Positions 14,251 through 28,349 of a stretch of DNA of 49,468 nt are shown here, one piece after another; the stretch's first letter is position 1; each line of letters begins with the position of its first letter. Source of the DNA: Octopus sinensis (taxonomy: Eukaryota). The notes below the pieces were generated by a model that saw only the letters and a program-made list of their open reading frames with translations, was not told the origin of the DNA and made no database searches. The stretch is taken from assembly GCF_006345805.1 (NCBI RefSeq), contig NW_021834333.1, positions 1 to 49,468 on the forward strand, in the 5' to 3' direction. Position numbers and translations under genes: made by a program.

Positions 14251-14457
14251 GGGCCATCAAAACAATGCTATGAAAATGATCCTTAAGCAAAGGGAAATTG
14301 CTGTGTGATTGACCGTTATTAAGACAAAAGAGCTATTAGAATGACCGCTAAGGGGAAGGAGTAAAAGTAAGGGAGTAAAAATGTTCATAGCAATCGCGTA
14401 AGCGCACACATGCTCACCCTCACATTCGCCCAAAAATACATACAACCCGCAAACACG

Positions 14458-14511
<54 letters not shown>

Positions 14512-16400
14512 AAAAAGGTTCATACACACGTCTATATACGTACATACCCGCACACACGCACACATCCACTCGCGCGCACTAAAAGTTCCATATTCACGTC
14601 CATATACGCACAGAAAAAAATGCAGGGTGGAAGGTAAATCCAAGAACTGACCAGTTCAAATTTTTCTAATAAAAAAAGTCTTTTGCTAAACATTTAGGTG
14701 GTGTAGTTAGCAGAAATTCAACCTCGCCGGTTTCAAATCCCCGTAAAGCTAAACAATTTTATTACATCCACTTTTATTTCTTTACCCTTTCAAAAAGTTG
14801 GACGAAAAGGACCACCTCAGTAAATCTATTCAAAGATTTTGGCCCAAAAGGATAGCAAAGGAGTCTTTTACACACACCTTATTTATATTTATTCTGAAGC
14901 AAGGAGCTCTCGAAATAACGGACGATTCCAGAGAATAACTCTTATTATTCCTCTTTAGTTTGTGTATATAAGATGCAGGTGTGGTAGAGCTACAGTATTT
15001 TTCATTTGGAAACGAGCTCATGTGGGCCCTATACCCTGCATTAAAATTTACCGTACTAACTATATAAAACTTATCTAAATTATCCTCATCCTTAACAACG
15101 CATTTATAAATTGCATTAGTAATTAGACAGACCCCATTAAGGGGACATAATCCTGGCTTTCTACAATTACAGGATTCCCAGGGCCATACCAAACCTTATT
15201 TCTACTACTAACAGTACTTGTCAGGTTTCCCACATTCAATCCTTCACATCTCTCATTACTGGGGTTCGATACGCTCGGTGGGAGCAACATGTTGTCATCA
15301 CTAACCTTAGGCGTATCAGAACTGCCCAGAACCGGGGTTTCCATCAGAAGAAACCTCCAGTGCACTTACCCATTTAACTTACTTCTAGTTATAGATGCAA
15401 TAATGGAGGCCAAATTTAGCATTACTGAGTAAGAGAACCTGATAGAAGACTTATTGCAAATGCTGTAGTATTTATGACTCTTAGGGAAGTTCTCCAGAAA
15501 CCTTAAAAACATCTTGGGCAAATTTCTTACTCTAAGAGAAAAAGGCGGGGCAAGCCATATTACTTCCCTTATTCTAGAACGTGAGTTCTTGGTTTTACTT
15601 ATCTCCTCATTACCACTATTTCGTTTCCTATACCTATACCTAACATATTTAAATACGTTTCTAACCAATGGATTATTTTGGTTGCAATCAGGTAAGATTT
15701 CACCCCAAATCCACTATCTCTACGGTATCTGCAAATGAAGAGATTTTCGATCAACATGCGACTGTGTACAACAACGCTCAAAAATTGAGCGGTTTCAAAA
15801 CTAAAATCTCATACATACCTAACACGAAATTTAAAAACAAGATGGCGGGTCTACCATTGATATATCAAATGGATTTGTTTGGCTTACGAAATGGGTAGTA
15901 TAAACCCGTATGCAAACACAGTGTAACGTCCAGGAAATTCACCACTCTGGAATCAATGATAATGTTAAGATTAAAGAAATCCTTTAAGAAACCTCTCAGG
16001 GATTTCCACAATCTATTCAGTGCAGTTTTAGACTGGCTACGTACAATTAGAAATGCATCATCCCTATACAGTCTCCCGGTGAGGAGAGGAAAACTATCCT
16101 TAATCTGTGAAAGGAGGTATAGACCCGCAAAGTCAGTCACCTGTACAGAATCAGATAATCCCATGGCTATATCGAAGAAATTGGTGGAATCAACTATTTG
16201 CCAATCACGCTCGTTATAGGAGATGAAGGTCTCCCTTGCCGCTAATATTACATCAATATCCGAACTAGTTGGACAACGATGGCTTAGCTGGCCAAAACTT
16301 CGAAGGTAGTCACTGTCAACAACGTTCTTGTTTAAGAATAATAAATTTGTAATCTTCAAAAGTATCAAGTATCTCATCAGATTAATGTAATATTGGTCTT
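14190..16400 (-). mobile_element. Penelope-like element, Naiad-type; 5'-truncated, frameshifted RT + GIY-YIG
   Basis: FDIAMG...GLYLL...LYRDDAFL...VNFLDVTLCLHTGLYYPFRKPN (RT); IWLAPPFS linker; CNCRKPGLCPLNGVCL..AIYKC..YIVST (GIY-YIG with N-terminal CxC..C..C motif). Confidence 0.9.
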
Positions 16401-16486
16401 ATTATAACTGAACATAAAAATAAGCAGTAATGTATAATATAATATATATATATATATATATATAATATAGATATATAGATATAGAT

Positions 16487-16558
16487 AGCAGCGGTGGTGC
16501 CCCAGCATGGCCGCGGCCTTCGGGCTAAAACATTTTAAAGGATTTTAAGGATTTAAGG
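16487..16558 (+). mobile_element. Extreme 3' tail of a CR1-type LINE or CR1-dependent SINE
   Basis: GGTGGTGCCCCAGCATGGCCGCGGCC...GGCTAAAAC matches the CR1 tail at ~25740 (GGCGGTGCCCCAGCATGGCCACAGC). Followed by (TTTAAGGA)n. Confidence 0.65.
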
Positions 16559-17029
16559 ATAGATAGATAGATAGATAGATAGATATACATATACATACAT
16601 ACATATGCATATGTGTGTATATATGTTTATATATTTATACAAAGACACATGTACACACACACATACACAGACACATACACCCACAAACACACACACATGT
16701 GTTATGCGATTAGGCTTCAAGAAATAGAATAGCATTCGATCAGCTAAGAGAATAGAGATAATGTTATAATGAAGACCGCAAGTCATATGAAATACAGCTA
16801 CGCAGGATTTTCTGGCCGAAACATTAATTTACTTCGCCTGTCTTCAAGCTGAGAACAAAACCGTTTGTCAGTTGCGTTTAAAGCAGATGATTTTAAACAA
16901 GCAAACACTCAAACGAAAGAAGGCAGAAAGAAAAACACAGAAAACCTACGATACAATAAAGAAATGTCTAAAACACGAAAACAAGACATTAATGGTTTAC
17001 GACGTGTCCGGTAGCCTATTTTTAGATTC

Positions 17030-17650
17030 TGTGAAGATGTATTTCTTAAAATGAGTACATAAAGAAAAAATCTCGTTCTTGGAATTTATGTGGTCGTTGT
17101 AGGCCTCAAGTTCTTTAGGAGATATAGTTTTTCAAGAGAACATACTGAAGAACTTTTTGACCCGTTAAGATAGGGTTTGTTTTTAGAAAGGATTTCTATC
17201 TGATGTCATCATTGGTCTTTTCATCTCTAAGTTTATAGATTAAAGCCGATAGAGCAATTGAATGTTTCTTATTACAGTGGCTAAAAGTCAAAAGATAGTT
17301 GTTAAATCTGGATTTAAATTTCCCTTCCACGCCCTTGACATTGTGCTTGATTTCTGCTCGATCGTTGTCATTGATGCATGTACTTCATATTCAACGGAGG
17401 AGATATTGCAATTCTACCCTACAGGGTATATAGATTTGTCTCTACGTGTACATCCAAGGCAGGTTTGAGTCGTCAGTTGCTTATTGATATACGTCTTAAC
17501 ATTAGGGGTGGAGGCAAGCGAAGTTAATTTTAATCGTGTATCTCTTAAAGATCTTACTGTGTCTATGGGTTATAGGAAACTGTATCTATGGGTTATAGCA
17601 AAAATCTACCTATATTTGTTTTAACACTAAGGAAGAAAATGGGGGAAGCA
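17030..17650 (-). mobile_element. Decayed Naiad-type PLE 3' fragment (linker + GIY-YIG)
   Basis: Minus strand with stops and frameshifts: PPFSSLSVKTNIGRFLL; GCTRRDKSIYPVG*NC..VEYEV; KGVEGKFKSRFNNY..F...K.SIALSALIYKLRDE; INSKNEIFSLCTH. Confidence 0.7.
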
Positions 17651-18149
17651 TAAAACTTTCCGAGAAACAAAAAACTGAAAATATTTCTAGGGAAAAAAGA
17701 TGAAAAAGGAATCAAAGCTAAAGTTCGTTGAAGACATTGAGAGAGGCCACCAGATATATGTTATTTTCTTTGTAGAACAATTAACGTACATCAATGTACA
17801 TGTCGTTATGCAACGTCTATCATTAGAATAAATTTCTTCGTGATAGAACAAAGGGTCTGGTAAAGTGATATAAAGACACGCTGAGAAAATTTTCGGAAAA
17901 CAATCCACACTTATCCACCCTTATGGAGGCTGCTACACCCTCCACAGCTGATGTCGTAGACCTCTTTATCTCACCCCACCCTCCCTCCCAGCTCTGTAAA
18001 CCTCACTTCTTGCCTCGTCAATCCCACGTTCCTGAAACTTCAGCCTCACCTGTCAAACCAGTCTGCCACAGTCCTTGACGATGAACTCTCACAATATTTT
18101 TTTATTTTTCTATAATACAGTATAATGTTTAGTGTTTAAAAGCCGTATA

Positions 18150-19260
18150 TATAATTTTATTTTCATTACATATTCAGTTTAGCATTTAAGTTGTATAAAA
18201 TATATGTGGTAAAGCGAATTGAAGTGTTATAAAGTAAAGTTTTCCTATTGGTTTTGATTGTTGGTATTTGTTTATATTTTCGTAATAAGCTGTATCTTGT
18301 AGTAGGTATGATGTAATTATAGCATTCAATAATGACTGCCGCATTTCCTGTATCCTCTTCTTTAATGACAATATTTTTGAGTTCATGTATAATTATCCAT
18401 TTCTTTCGACTGATGTTAGATTTGGACTTAAGGTCTGGTAGTTCGTGATATGGGAATGAGGATATAAAATCATAAGATTTGTCAAATACTTTATTTCTGG
18501 CTATTGTTAGAAACTTTGATTTCCTACAAATGATTCGTAATTGTTTTCCCTGTAAAATAACTTTCTGTGAAACGTAATTTTCTACATGTGTGGGACATCT
18601 TTAAGTATTTCATTGAAGTATTGTGGCTTAGGAGTGGATTTATACTTTTAAGGGAAATATAATTGATGTATTGAAAAGTTGCTTTTGTTTTTTGTATGAA
18701 AGATTATCTCCTATCAGCACTTTCCATTTGTGCCACAGGTTGTCGCAAATCGTGTGCACTGAGTCTACTTAATGAACTTTTAAGTTTACTTCTGTATTCG
18801 TTGACTAATTTTTTTGTTTATTTTTCTAGTATTTTCTGCTAATTTTGTTCTTTCTGTTTTTTAACTCAGTTTCAAAATTAATGAGCTAATTAGCATTTTC
18901 CCAATAACAGAAAAGATGCAACTTCTTCATTTTCGCAGTTTCTCTTTATAGTTTAATAATGTTTTAATTTGGTAAGTTTTCCAACCTTTTTCAAATTCGT
19001 CAGTTGATTTATTTTTTGTTTGTTAGAGTTTGCCCTTAGTCGTAGAAGTTCTTTTTCCATTTGGAGTTTTCTAGGGAAACATCTTCTCTTTAAACTTTCT
19101 ATGTTGTCCATGTTCATTAGAGCTAGGTCAGTTTATAATTTTCTGGGAAGAACAATCGGTGTATCTAATCTTCATATATTTGGGCTTTGCCGTTAGTTTT
19201 CAATGTACTCCAAAAGGCAAGTTTTGTAGGTTTGAAGATTTAGTTTCAACTATATAATTA
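18150..19260 (-). mobile_element. Decayed PLE N-terminal/RT-entry fragment
   Basis: Minus strand ...ELKNIVIKEDTGNAAVIIE... resembles the PLE IVIKxADKGxAVVI motif. Heavily disrupted. Confidence 0.4.
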
Positions 19261-19264
19261 TTGT

Positions 19265-22200
19265 TGTTGGCATCCTTTTTGTCTCGGGAGACAATGGAGT
19301 TGCGCATAAAATAGTCCAGTCCGGCTTTTACATTTCATGTCCTGATACATTTCCTGCTGTGGCTGTGTAGTCCTATCCTGGACAAACACTCCCTCTGGCA
19401 GGTACCGCAAATGTAGCGAAGACTGTTCCTGGCTGGTTGTAATGTCATAGTTTCTTGTTGACGTCTTTTCTTGTTTTCCATTTCTCCTCTCTCTCTCTCT
19501 CTGTCACTCCTTTGTATTCCTCTTTTACGGTACGTCGCCAATCTCCACGGTTGCTGGCAATTGCTTCCCAACCGCTAATATTGATGTTGCAGGCCTTCAT
19601 GTCCCTTTTGCAAACATCCTTGTAACGTAAGAACGGTCTACCCACAGACCTAGTACCCCTAGCAAGCTCTCCGTAGATTATGTCCTTGGGGATTCTGCCA
19701 TCTTTCATACGGCTAACATGCCCAAGCCATCTCATACGTCTTTGTGTGAGGAGTGCAAACATGCTTGGTATTCCTGCTTGTTTGAGGACATCTTTGTTGG
19801 AGATATGATTCTGCCATTTGATGCGGAGGATTTTCCGGAGGCAGCGCAGGTGAAAGATGTTTAGGCGACGCTCTTGGCGTGTGTATAGCGTCCAAGTCTC
19901 ACTTCCATACAGTAGAGTGCTAAGTACACATGCCTGGTAGATCTTCATTTTCGTGGTCTTGGTCAGCTTATTGTTGTCCCATGCCTGTTTGGAGATTTGG
20001 GCCATCGCAGCAGCTGCCTTGCCAATGCGTATATTGAGCTCAGCGTCAAGGGATAGGTTGTAGGTGACGGTAGAGCCAAGATAGGTAAACTTCTCCACCT
20101 CCTGTAATCTGTGGTCTTCAATATGTATGTTTGGGATGTCCGATGTAGCCTGACCCATGATGTTGGTCTTCTTAAGGCTGATAGCTAACCCAAAGTCGTT
20201 ACATGCTTGCTCAAAACAGTTAATGGGCCTTTGGAGGGCTTCTTCTGTGTGTGATACCAGGGCGGCATCATCAGCAAATAGCATCTCCTTGATCAGGACG
20301 TTTCTGATTTTGGTCTTGGCACGCAGGCGCGAGAGATTGAACAGTTTCCCGTCACTTCTACTGTGCAGAAACACTCCCTCATCTGATGTCTGAAAGGCAT
20401 GTGAGAGTGAGAGCGAGAAGAAGATGCCAAATAATGTAGGAGCGAGGACACAACCTTGCTTTACCCCGTTTTTTATTTGGAAGGCGGCTGATGTTGAACC
20501 ATTGTGCTGTATGGTGCCTTACATATCATCATGTAAAGATTTGATGATCCTCAGTAGCTTTGGTGGACATCCGATTTTTTGGAGCAGGATGAAGAGGCCT
20601 TTTCTACTTACCGAGTCAAAGGCCTTTGTCAGATCAATGAAGGCCATATATAATGGCATTTTCTGCTCTCTGGACTTCTCCTGAAGTTGGCGTGTGGAGA
20701 ATATCATATCAATAGTTGATCTGCTTCTTCTAAAGCCACACTGCGATTCCGGATAGATTCGAGAAGCAAGCAGTTGTAGCCTGGCCAGGATAACGCGAGC
20801 AAAGGTCTTTCCAACAGTGCTTAGAAGAGATATTCCACGGTAATTGTTACAATCACCACGGTCACCTTTGTTTTTGTAAAGCGTAATGATGTTAGCATCC
20901 CGCATATCCTGAGGGACTGTACCCTCTTCCCAGCACTGACACAGAAGCTCATGAAGGTGCCGAAGCAGGATGGTGTTTTTGCCGACTTTGATGATCTCTG
21001 AGGGGATGCCGTCTTTTCCCGGAGCCTTGTTACTTGCTAGGGAGGCAATAACCTTGGTGAGCTCTGCTATAGATGGCGGACTGTCAAGTTCGCACATGAC
21101 TGGCAAGATCTTGACACTCTCGATTGCAGCCTCAGCTACTGTAGTCTCCCGTGAGTAGAGATCCTGGTAGTGCTCCACCCATCTATCCATTTGCTTGCTT
21201 TGATCCCTGATGAGATCTCCAGTAGTTGATTTCAGAGGGGCTGACTTGGTTGCGGATGGACCGAGGCACTTCTTCAAACCGGCATACATCCCACGGGTGT
21301 CGCCCCTGTCAGCAGCTGACTGGATACTCTGACAGATTTCCTGCCAATACCTATTTGCACAGCGTCTGGCTGTCAGTTGGGTTTTATTTCTTGCCTTTCT
21401 GAGTTCTTCGAGTGACTTTGTAGAAGAATCACTCTTGTATTGCATCAGAGATGCACGCTTTGCTTCGATAACTGGCTCCAGCTCTGAGAGCCCAGCATTG
21501 AACCAATCTAGGTTTTGCCTTTCTCAAAGCTTCCCCGATATAATTCCACCTACTTTCAGCAGAGGAGGTTAGGCAGCTACTGAGGGCAACCTTGATAGAA
21601 GCAGCAAAACATTTTCGCAGTGTAGAGTCCGAGGTTCTGGCAGTGTTAATGCGTGGTCGGCCCACTTTCTTGGAGCGGCCCACTTTCTTGGACTTTTTTA
21701 GGCAGAATCCTCACCCTACTTCTAATTAGTGAGTGGTCTGTGTCACAATCCGCGCTGTTGTAACTGCGGGTCAGTGGAACAGAATTCAGAAAGGATCTCC
21801 GTGTAATGATGAGATCCAGATGATGCCAGTGGTGAGATCTTGGATGTCTCCAAGATGCCTTGTGGGATGGCTTGTTGGTAAAGAATGTGTTTGTGATGCA
21901 CAGGTTATGGTATGTGCAGAATTCGAGTAGTATCTGACCATTGTCATTCATGTTGCCAATACCAAAGTGTCCAACACAAACGGGCCACGAATCATGGTCA
22001 GATCCCATGCGAGCGTTAAAATCCCCTAGAAGGTAGGTATTTTCAGTTGTTGGTATATTTTTTATGACACAGTTGAGATCTTTGTAGAACTGGTCCTTGG
22101 TCTCCTCTGAGCTGTAGAGAGTGGGAGCATAGATGCTGAGTAGATGTACTGAGCCAGAAGAAGTCGAGAGGCGCAGTGAGAGGATACGCTCAGTGCCTCC

Positions 22201-23100
22201 TGATGGTGGTTCTATTGAGGAGAGTAATTAGTTTCTCACTGCAAAGCCAACGCCATGCTGACGAGGTTCTTCTGGAAGGTGAAATCCTGTTCTTTGAGTT
22301 TGCCGTTTGAGGGAAGTCTTGTCTCCTGTAGCCCAGCAATGTTTATGTTAAGCATCTTTAGTTCACGGTCAGTGATGGCCGTTTTCTTTGTGTCTTCAAC
22401 CCTGAGTAGATCATCAGATATTCCAGGGCACATGGTCCTGACATTCCAGCTTGCCAACCGCAGGACTGGTGGTTTCTTGTCTTTTAGTTGTTTGCCTGGT
22501 GCAGAGGTTGCAGGCCGCTCTTCAAGTCATACTCTTAGCTCCAAGCACCCAGTGAAGCAGGCGGCCTGTGGCGGGTCAGCACCTTATTAACTGTGGGCTG
22601 CCCAGCTTGAGGTGGGCAATAGCTAACCAATAGGACACGGAGGTCCCTCCCACCGTCAGAGGTAACCCGTAGCGCCCATATTTTACGTCAATCTGAATGG
22701 ACTTATCACTCGTGACTGTTACCTCCCGTGTTGTTTCTGCAGCTTTTTACAGCAGCACTGAAGTGTCCTCTCCAGTTTTGCGCAGGCCTGGGCTAGAGAT
22801 AAGAAAGTCCTGGGTAGCCCAATCGTCAGGTTTCCTCTCTCGACCTTGCTGATGTAGTCCAAAGGAGTGCAGAGCATTACGTTTGGCACCAGCTTGGTTG
22901 CAGGAGCTGCCGGATGAGTGTCGAGTCGAACACTAAACCGCCTTCGGGGCTCCACTCCGGATTTCTTTGAAGGTTGTCTCCTTTCCGTAACCCTGGATAG
23001 GGGCCCATACCGGGTACTGTCAGCCGGAGCCAGCTGAGCCCGGAACTCGTGTCAGGCAGGGTCGTCACTCTCTGAAGTAGCGAAGAAGTTCACTACCCAC
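19265..23100 (-). mobile_element. Near full-length RTE-clade (BovB-like) LINE: APE + RT + C-terminal C2H2, several frameshifts
   Basis: LASWNVRTM...IAGLQETRL; TDH; NYRGISLLS..GK...PESQCGFR..RSTIDMIF...AFIDLTKAFDSV; RSDGKLFNLSRLRAKTK; MLFADDAAL; FTYLGS; LLYGSETWT; CGTCQRECLSRIGLHSH; 3' end CGAGACAAAAAGGATGCC(AAC)n. Confidence 0.95.
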
Positions 23101-23189
23101 TACCTTTTCAAGTAATGTTAAATTATTATTAGATTTTTCATTCTTTTTCCTACGTTTGTTTTATATATTTATTTTCAACCACTAATATT

Positions 23190-23548
23190 CATCATCATCA
23201 GCAGCAGCAGCAGTTGTAGTAGCAGCAGCAATATCACTATCAGCAGTAGCAGAGGCAGTGGTAACAGCAGTAGTAATGGCAGCAGCAACAGCAGCAGTAG
23301 TAACAGCAGAAGCAGCGGTGGCAGGAGCAGCAGTAGAAGCAGCAACAGTGGTAGCTATAGTAGCAGTAGTAGTGACAGCAGCAGTAGTGGTAGCAGCAGT
23401 AGTAGTAGCAGTAGTAGTAGCTGTAGCAGCAGTAACAGCAGCAGCAGTAGCAGCAGTAGTAGTAGCAGTTGTAGCAGTAGTAGTAGTAGTAGTAGTAGTA
23501 GCTGTAGCAGCAGCAACAGCAGCAGCAGTAGCAGTAGTAGTAGAAGTT

Positions 23549-23599
<51 letters not shown>

Positions 23600-23625
23600 A
23601 TGCAGCAGCAGCAATAGTAGCTGTT
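23190..23625. repeat. Compound (AGC)n/(AGT)n trinucleotide array
   Basis: Direct inspection; produces poly-Thr/Ala/Val/Tyr/Cys pseudo-ORFs. Confidence 0.95.
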
Positions 23626-23654
23626 GGTTAGCAAGAGGTAATCTATAAATTAGC

Positions 23655-23730
23655 AGCAGATGGTGGCGAGGTCAGCAGATGGTGGCGAGGTCAGCAGATG
23701 GTGGCGAGGTCAGCAGATGGTGGCGAGGTC
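23655..23730 (+). repeat. 19-bp minisatellite (AGCAGATGGTGGCGAGGTC) x4
   Basis: Four exact tandem copies; a single copy occurs in the duplicate near 24829. Confidence 0.95.
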
Positions 23731-24234
23731 AGCCATAGAGACAGAGGACACGTCGTCCATAGATATACTGACACGTCACCCGGCTCGGACGTGTGTTCTT
23801 CGCTGCTCTGCCCTATCAGCAACTGAAAAAACAACTGTAAAAAAACTGGAAGATCTACTATTTTCTGTGAGTAATTTTGATTTCCCTCAAAATAAGTTAA
23901 GGGACTTACATATCTACAGCTTTGGACATACAAACGAACACCTAACAAAAAATTTAGAAACATAAATATCCCCAATTTTGTGTGAACATTTTATCGTCCT
24001 CTCTTCCTATCAGAATATGTAAAAATGCCTTTTATTGTAACAACACAACTAAATGCACGATAAAAGAAAAATTATGGAAGTAAGCACCTGCTAATATATA
24101 CATGTATATACTTAAAAACTTAAATATATATATATTACCCAAATATGTAAACACAAATTTTACAACTTTTATTGCAACAACACAATTGAATTCAAATTTT
24201 AAAAAGTCATCGATGTGAATATCAGATAATATGT

Positions 24235-25775
<1,541 letters not shown>

Positions 25776-26189
25776 ACACTAGATAAAAAAATTTTTTTAA
25801 ATAAAAATAAAAATATGCATATGTATGTGTGTGTATATATATATTATTATTATTTTCCTACCATTAATTGCAAATACAAGTTGAATTGCTTTTCGATCCA
25901 GCGCTCCCAGTATCAACTGGTTTTGACCTCTCTTAACCCAAAGGGTCCTTTGTCCTCTGTCTCTATATAATTATAAGCAATAATAAATCTCTGAACAAGA
26001 TGTAAACAGTAATCACTCTACAACGTAAAGTATACTAGCCATCTCAATATGGCTAACCACTAAGGGTGGGTGTTACTGTAGCTATTAGCCCCAGGAGATC
26101 ATCGTCTCCAGCTAGCTTTAGGCACACTTTCTGTGCCCTTATGGTATTTGCAAAGGGAGGGCATCCCTCTCTCGTAAAACTAAGTGATA

Positions 26190-26234
26190 CGCACGGACTG
26201 CAGTTTCGAGGTTTTTGCCTCTTGTCAACGTACG
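26190..26234 (-). ncRNA. Minimal type-I hammerhead-like motif (U3-A8 core variant, GUC site)
   Basis: Minus strand CGTACG-TTGACAA-GAGG-CAAAAA-CCTC-GAAAC-TGCA-GTC-CGTGCG. All three stems pair; stem III loop is palindromic. Confidence 0.75.
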
Positions 26235-26534
26235 GTAATCACCGGTTTTCGATGAAGGGAGACCTGTTTGCAAATACTTTTTTATTGTTTTTCCCAGTAA
26301 CTTCCATCACTGATCTCCTGGGGCTAAAAGCTACAGTAACACCCACCCTTAGTGGTTAGCCATATTGAGATGGCTAATATACTTTACGTTGTCGAGCGGT
26401 TACTGTTTACATCTCGTTCAGAGATTTATTATTGCTTGCAGACAGTTTTTCGAAATCAGTGATGGAAGTTACTGGGAAAAACAATAAATAAGTATTTGCA
26501 AACAGGTCTCCCTTCATCGAAAACCGGTGATTGC

Positions 26535-26579
26535 CGTACGCCGAGGACAGGCAAATACCTAGAAAATGAAGTCCGTGCG
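26535..26579 (+). ncRNA. Second, more decayed copy of the same hammerhead-like motif
   Basis: CGTACG-CCGAGGA-CAGG-CAAATA-CCTA-GAAAA-TGAA-GTC-CGTGCG. Confidence 0.5.
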
Positions 26580-27299
26580 TATCACTTAGGTTTACGAGAG
26601 AGGGATGACCTCCCTTTGCAAATACCATAAGGGCACAGAAAGTGTGCCTAAAGCCAGCTGGAGACGATGATCTCCTGGGGCTAAAAGCTACAGTAACACC
26701 CACCCTTAGTGGTTAGCCATATTGAGATGGCTAGTATACTTTGCGTGTCGAGCGGTTACTGTTTACATCTCGTTCAGAGATTTATTTATTATTGCTTGCA
26801 GCAGTTTTTTCGAAATCAGTGACGGAATAAGATGGCTAGTATACTTTACGTTATATAATTATATATAATTATATAAATGTAGTTTAAACTATATAATTAT
26901 ATTTTATAGAATTATATAATTATCAACATATAATTGAAAACATTTGTCTTTGCAGATTAACATTGTTGCTTTCTTATTTTGGTTAGAGATTTAGGTTCAG
27001 GATCCCGTAGCATAGTTTCTACAATTTTACATAACTGGTTTAACGTTTGATTAACTTCTGCCTGTCGAGTTCCACTTCCTCCTTCCTTAATTTCTTTGGT
27101 ATAGTTCTGTGTTTTGTCAAATTTTGTAGCTAGGATTGATAGTATGTAGGCGACCTCTTTCAGTTTCTTTGGAACGGTTTCGTTCATTGTTTTAACGCTT
27201 CGATTTGACTACGCAATATTGTCGTTCCACGCGTCTTTTCAGTGTGTATGTTACTGTGATGATCGCTCACATTTTACCCTTAAAAGCTGAAGGCCTTTG

Positions 27300-28090
27300 C
27301 TGTGAAGTGTGAGCAAGTGCAGTATCTAGACTTTGTTGTGTACGCCCCAGACTAGTAACTTTCCATTACTTCTTACTTCTCTCAAGCGCCTCAGAACCCA
27401 ATAAAACTCTTTCGTTTCAGCTGACAACGTGAAACACACTCATGTTGACTGACGCTTTTCCAACAAAAACAATCTATTATAATACATCGCTTACAATTGT
27501 AGCGATTCTCATTGTACGATGATGGTCCCATCCACTGCAATGACTGCCTTTTCAGTTCGATTTTATAGCCATACACTTACATTTCGTCACTTGTTATGAC
27601 GCTTTTTCAGAAAGTTTTCATATGTACCCAAATGACCAAACAGCTCCTGGCTGAAAGTAATTTGGTTCTCTTCAGCTGACACGGCACGCATTTACAATAT
27701 CACAATGCATCCTCTTTTCATTCAAATCATGTGGAAGAATTTTCAGTCGCCCTACTTCTTTAGAAGCTTCACAGGTATCCGGCGACGGTTTCCAGAGATA
27801 GCAGTGCGCACTTTTGAATGTGATAAGGTAACCGTTGTCGCCAAACGTTGATCACACACTTTGAATCGACGTTGGAAGATGTTTTTCCTCATTTGGAACA
27901 CTGGCACCACATGTGACATGCATATGGATCAAACAACCTCTCCATAGGTCTTTTGCATGGAGTGGTAAAGTTACTATAAAAAGTTTTGTTTCCTAATTTG
28001 AAACAGTTTTTCACACAAAAGTGGCCTTTTCCAAATTTTTCAGCAACAAGTGTTCTAAACAGGTGTTCACTTGACTTACGTGACGGATTC
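27300..28090 (-). mobile_element. Decayed mariner (Tc1/mariner) transposase
   Basis: Minus strand with stops and frameshifts: FKLG...QKTYGE (HTH region); FLKSVITSDEM*VYGYKIELKRQSLQWMGPSS (ITGDETWVYGY motif); later xxPAHT-like segment. TIRs not confidently seen. Confidence 0.7.
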
Positions 28091-28204
28091 TAAGGCGGCA
28101 ATTACGTTCAAAATGAACCACATACTGTACTGCAGTCGCAAGCATGATGCACTGGATTATCGGGCTGCTTGAAAACATCTGTTTTTCGACAGATTACATA
28201 TACG

Positions 28205-28249
<45 letters not shown>

Positions 28250-28349
28250 GCACACATACATGTATGTGTGCGCACATTCGTGTGTGTGTATATATATGTA
28301 CTCATACATACATACACATGGCATATATATAATATATAATATATATATA

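Larger units (their letters stand above)
25975..26851. repeat. ~357-bp monomer present as one inverted copy plus ~1.45 tandem direct copies (retrozyme/PLE-terminus-like)
   Basis: TGATCTCCTGGGGCTAAAAG recurs at 26311 and 26668. 25975-26313 is the reverse complement of the monomer. No coding signal. TA-rich flanks. Confidence 0.9.

Noticed and set aside
16770-16840. ATGAAGACC...GGCCGAAAC hammerhead-like remnant
   Set aside because: A3-G8 mismatch, no cleavage triplet or stem I pairing, and antisense to the neighbouring PLE; too degenerate to call.
23182-23634. Poly-Thr/Ala mucin-like ORF and poly-Tyr/Cys or poly-Val frames
   Set aside because: Pure trinucleotide array open in most frames, with no splice-compatible context; also partly duplicated inside a LINE.
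23655-23730. Short direct repeats resembling a CRISPR array
   Set aside because: Units are contiguous with no spacers; eukaryotic context; no cas genes.
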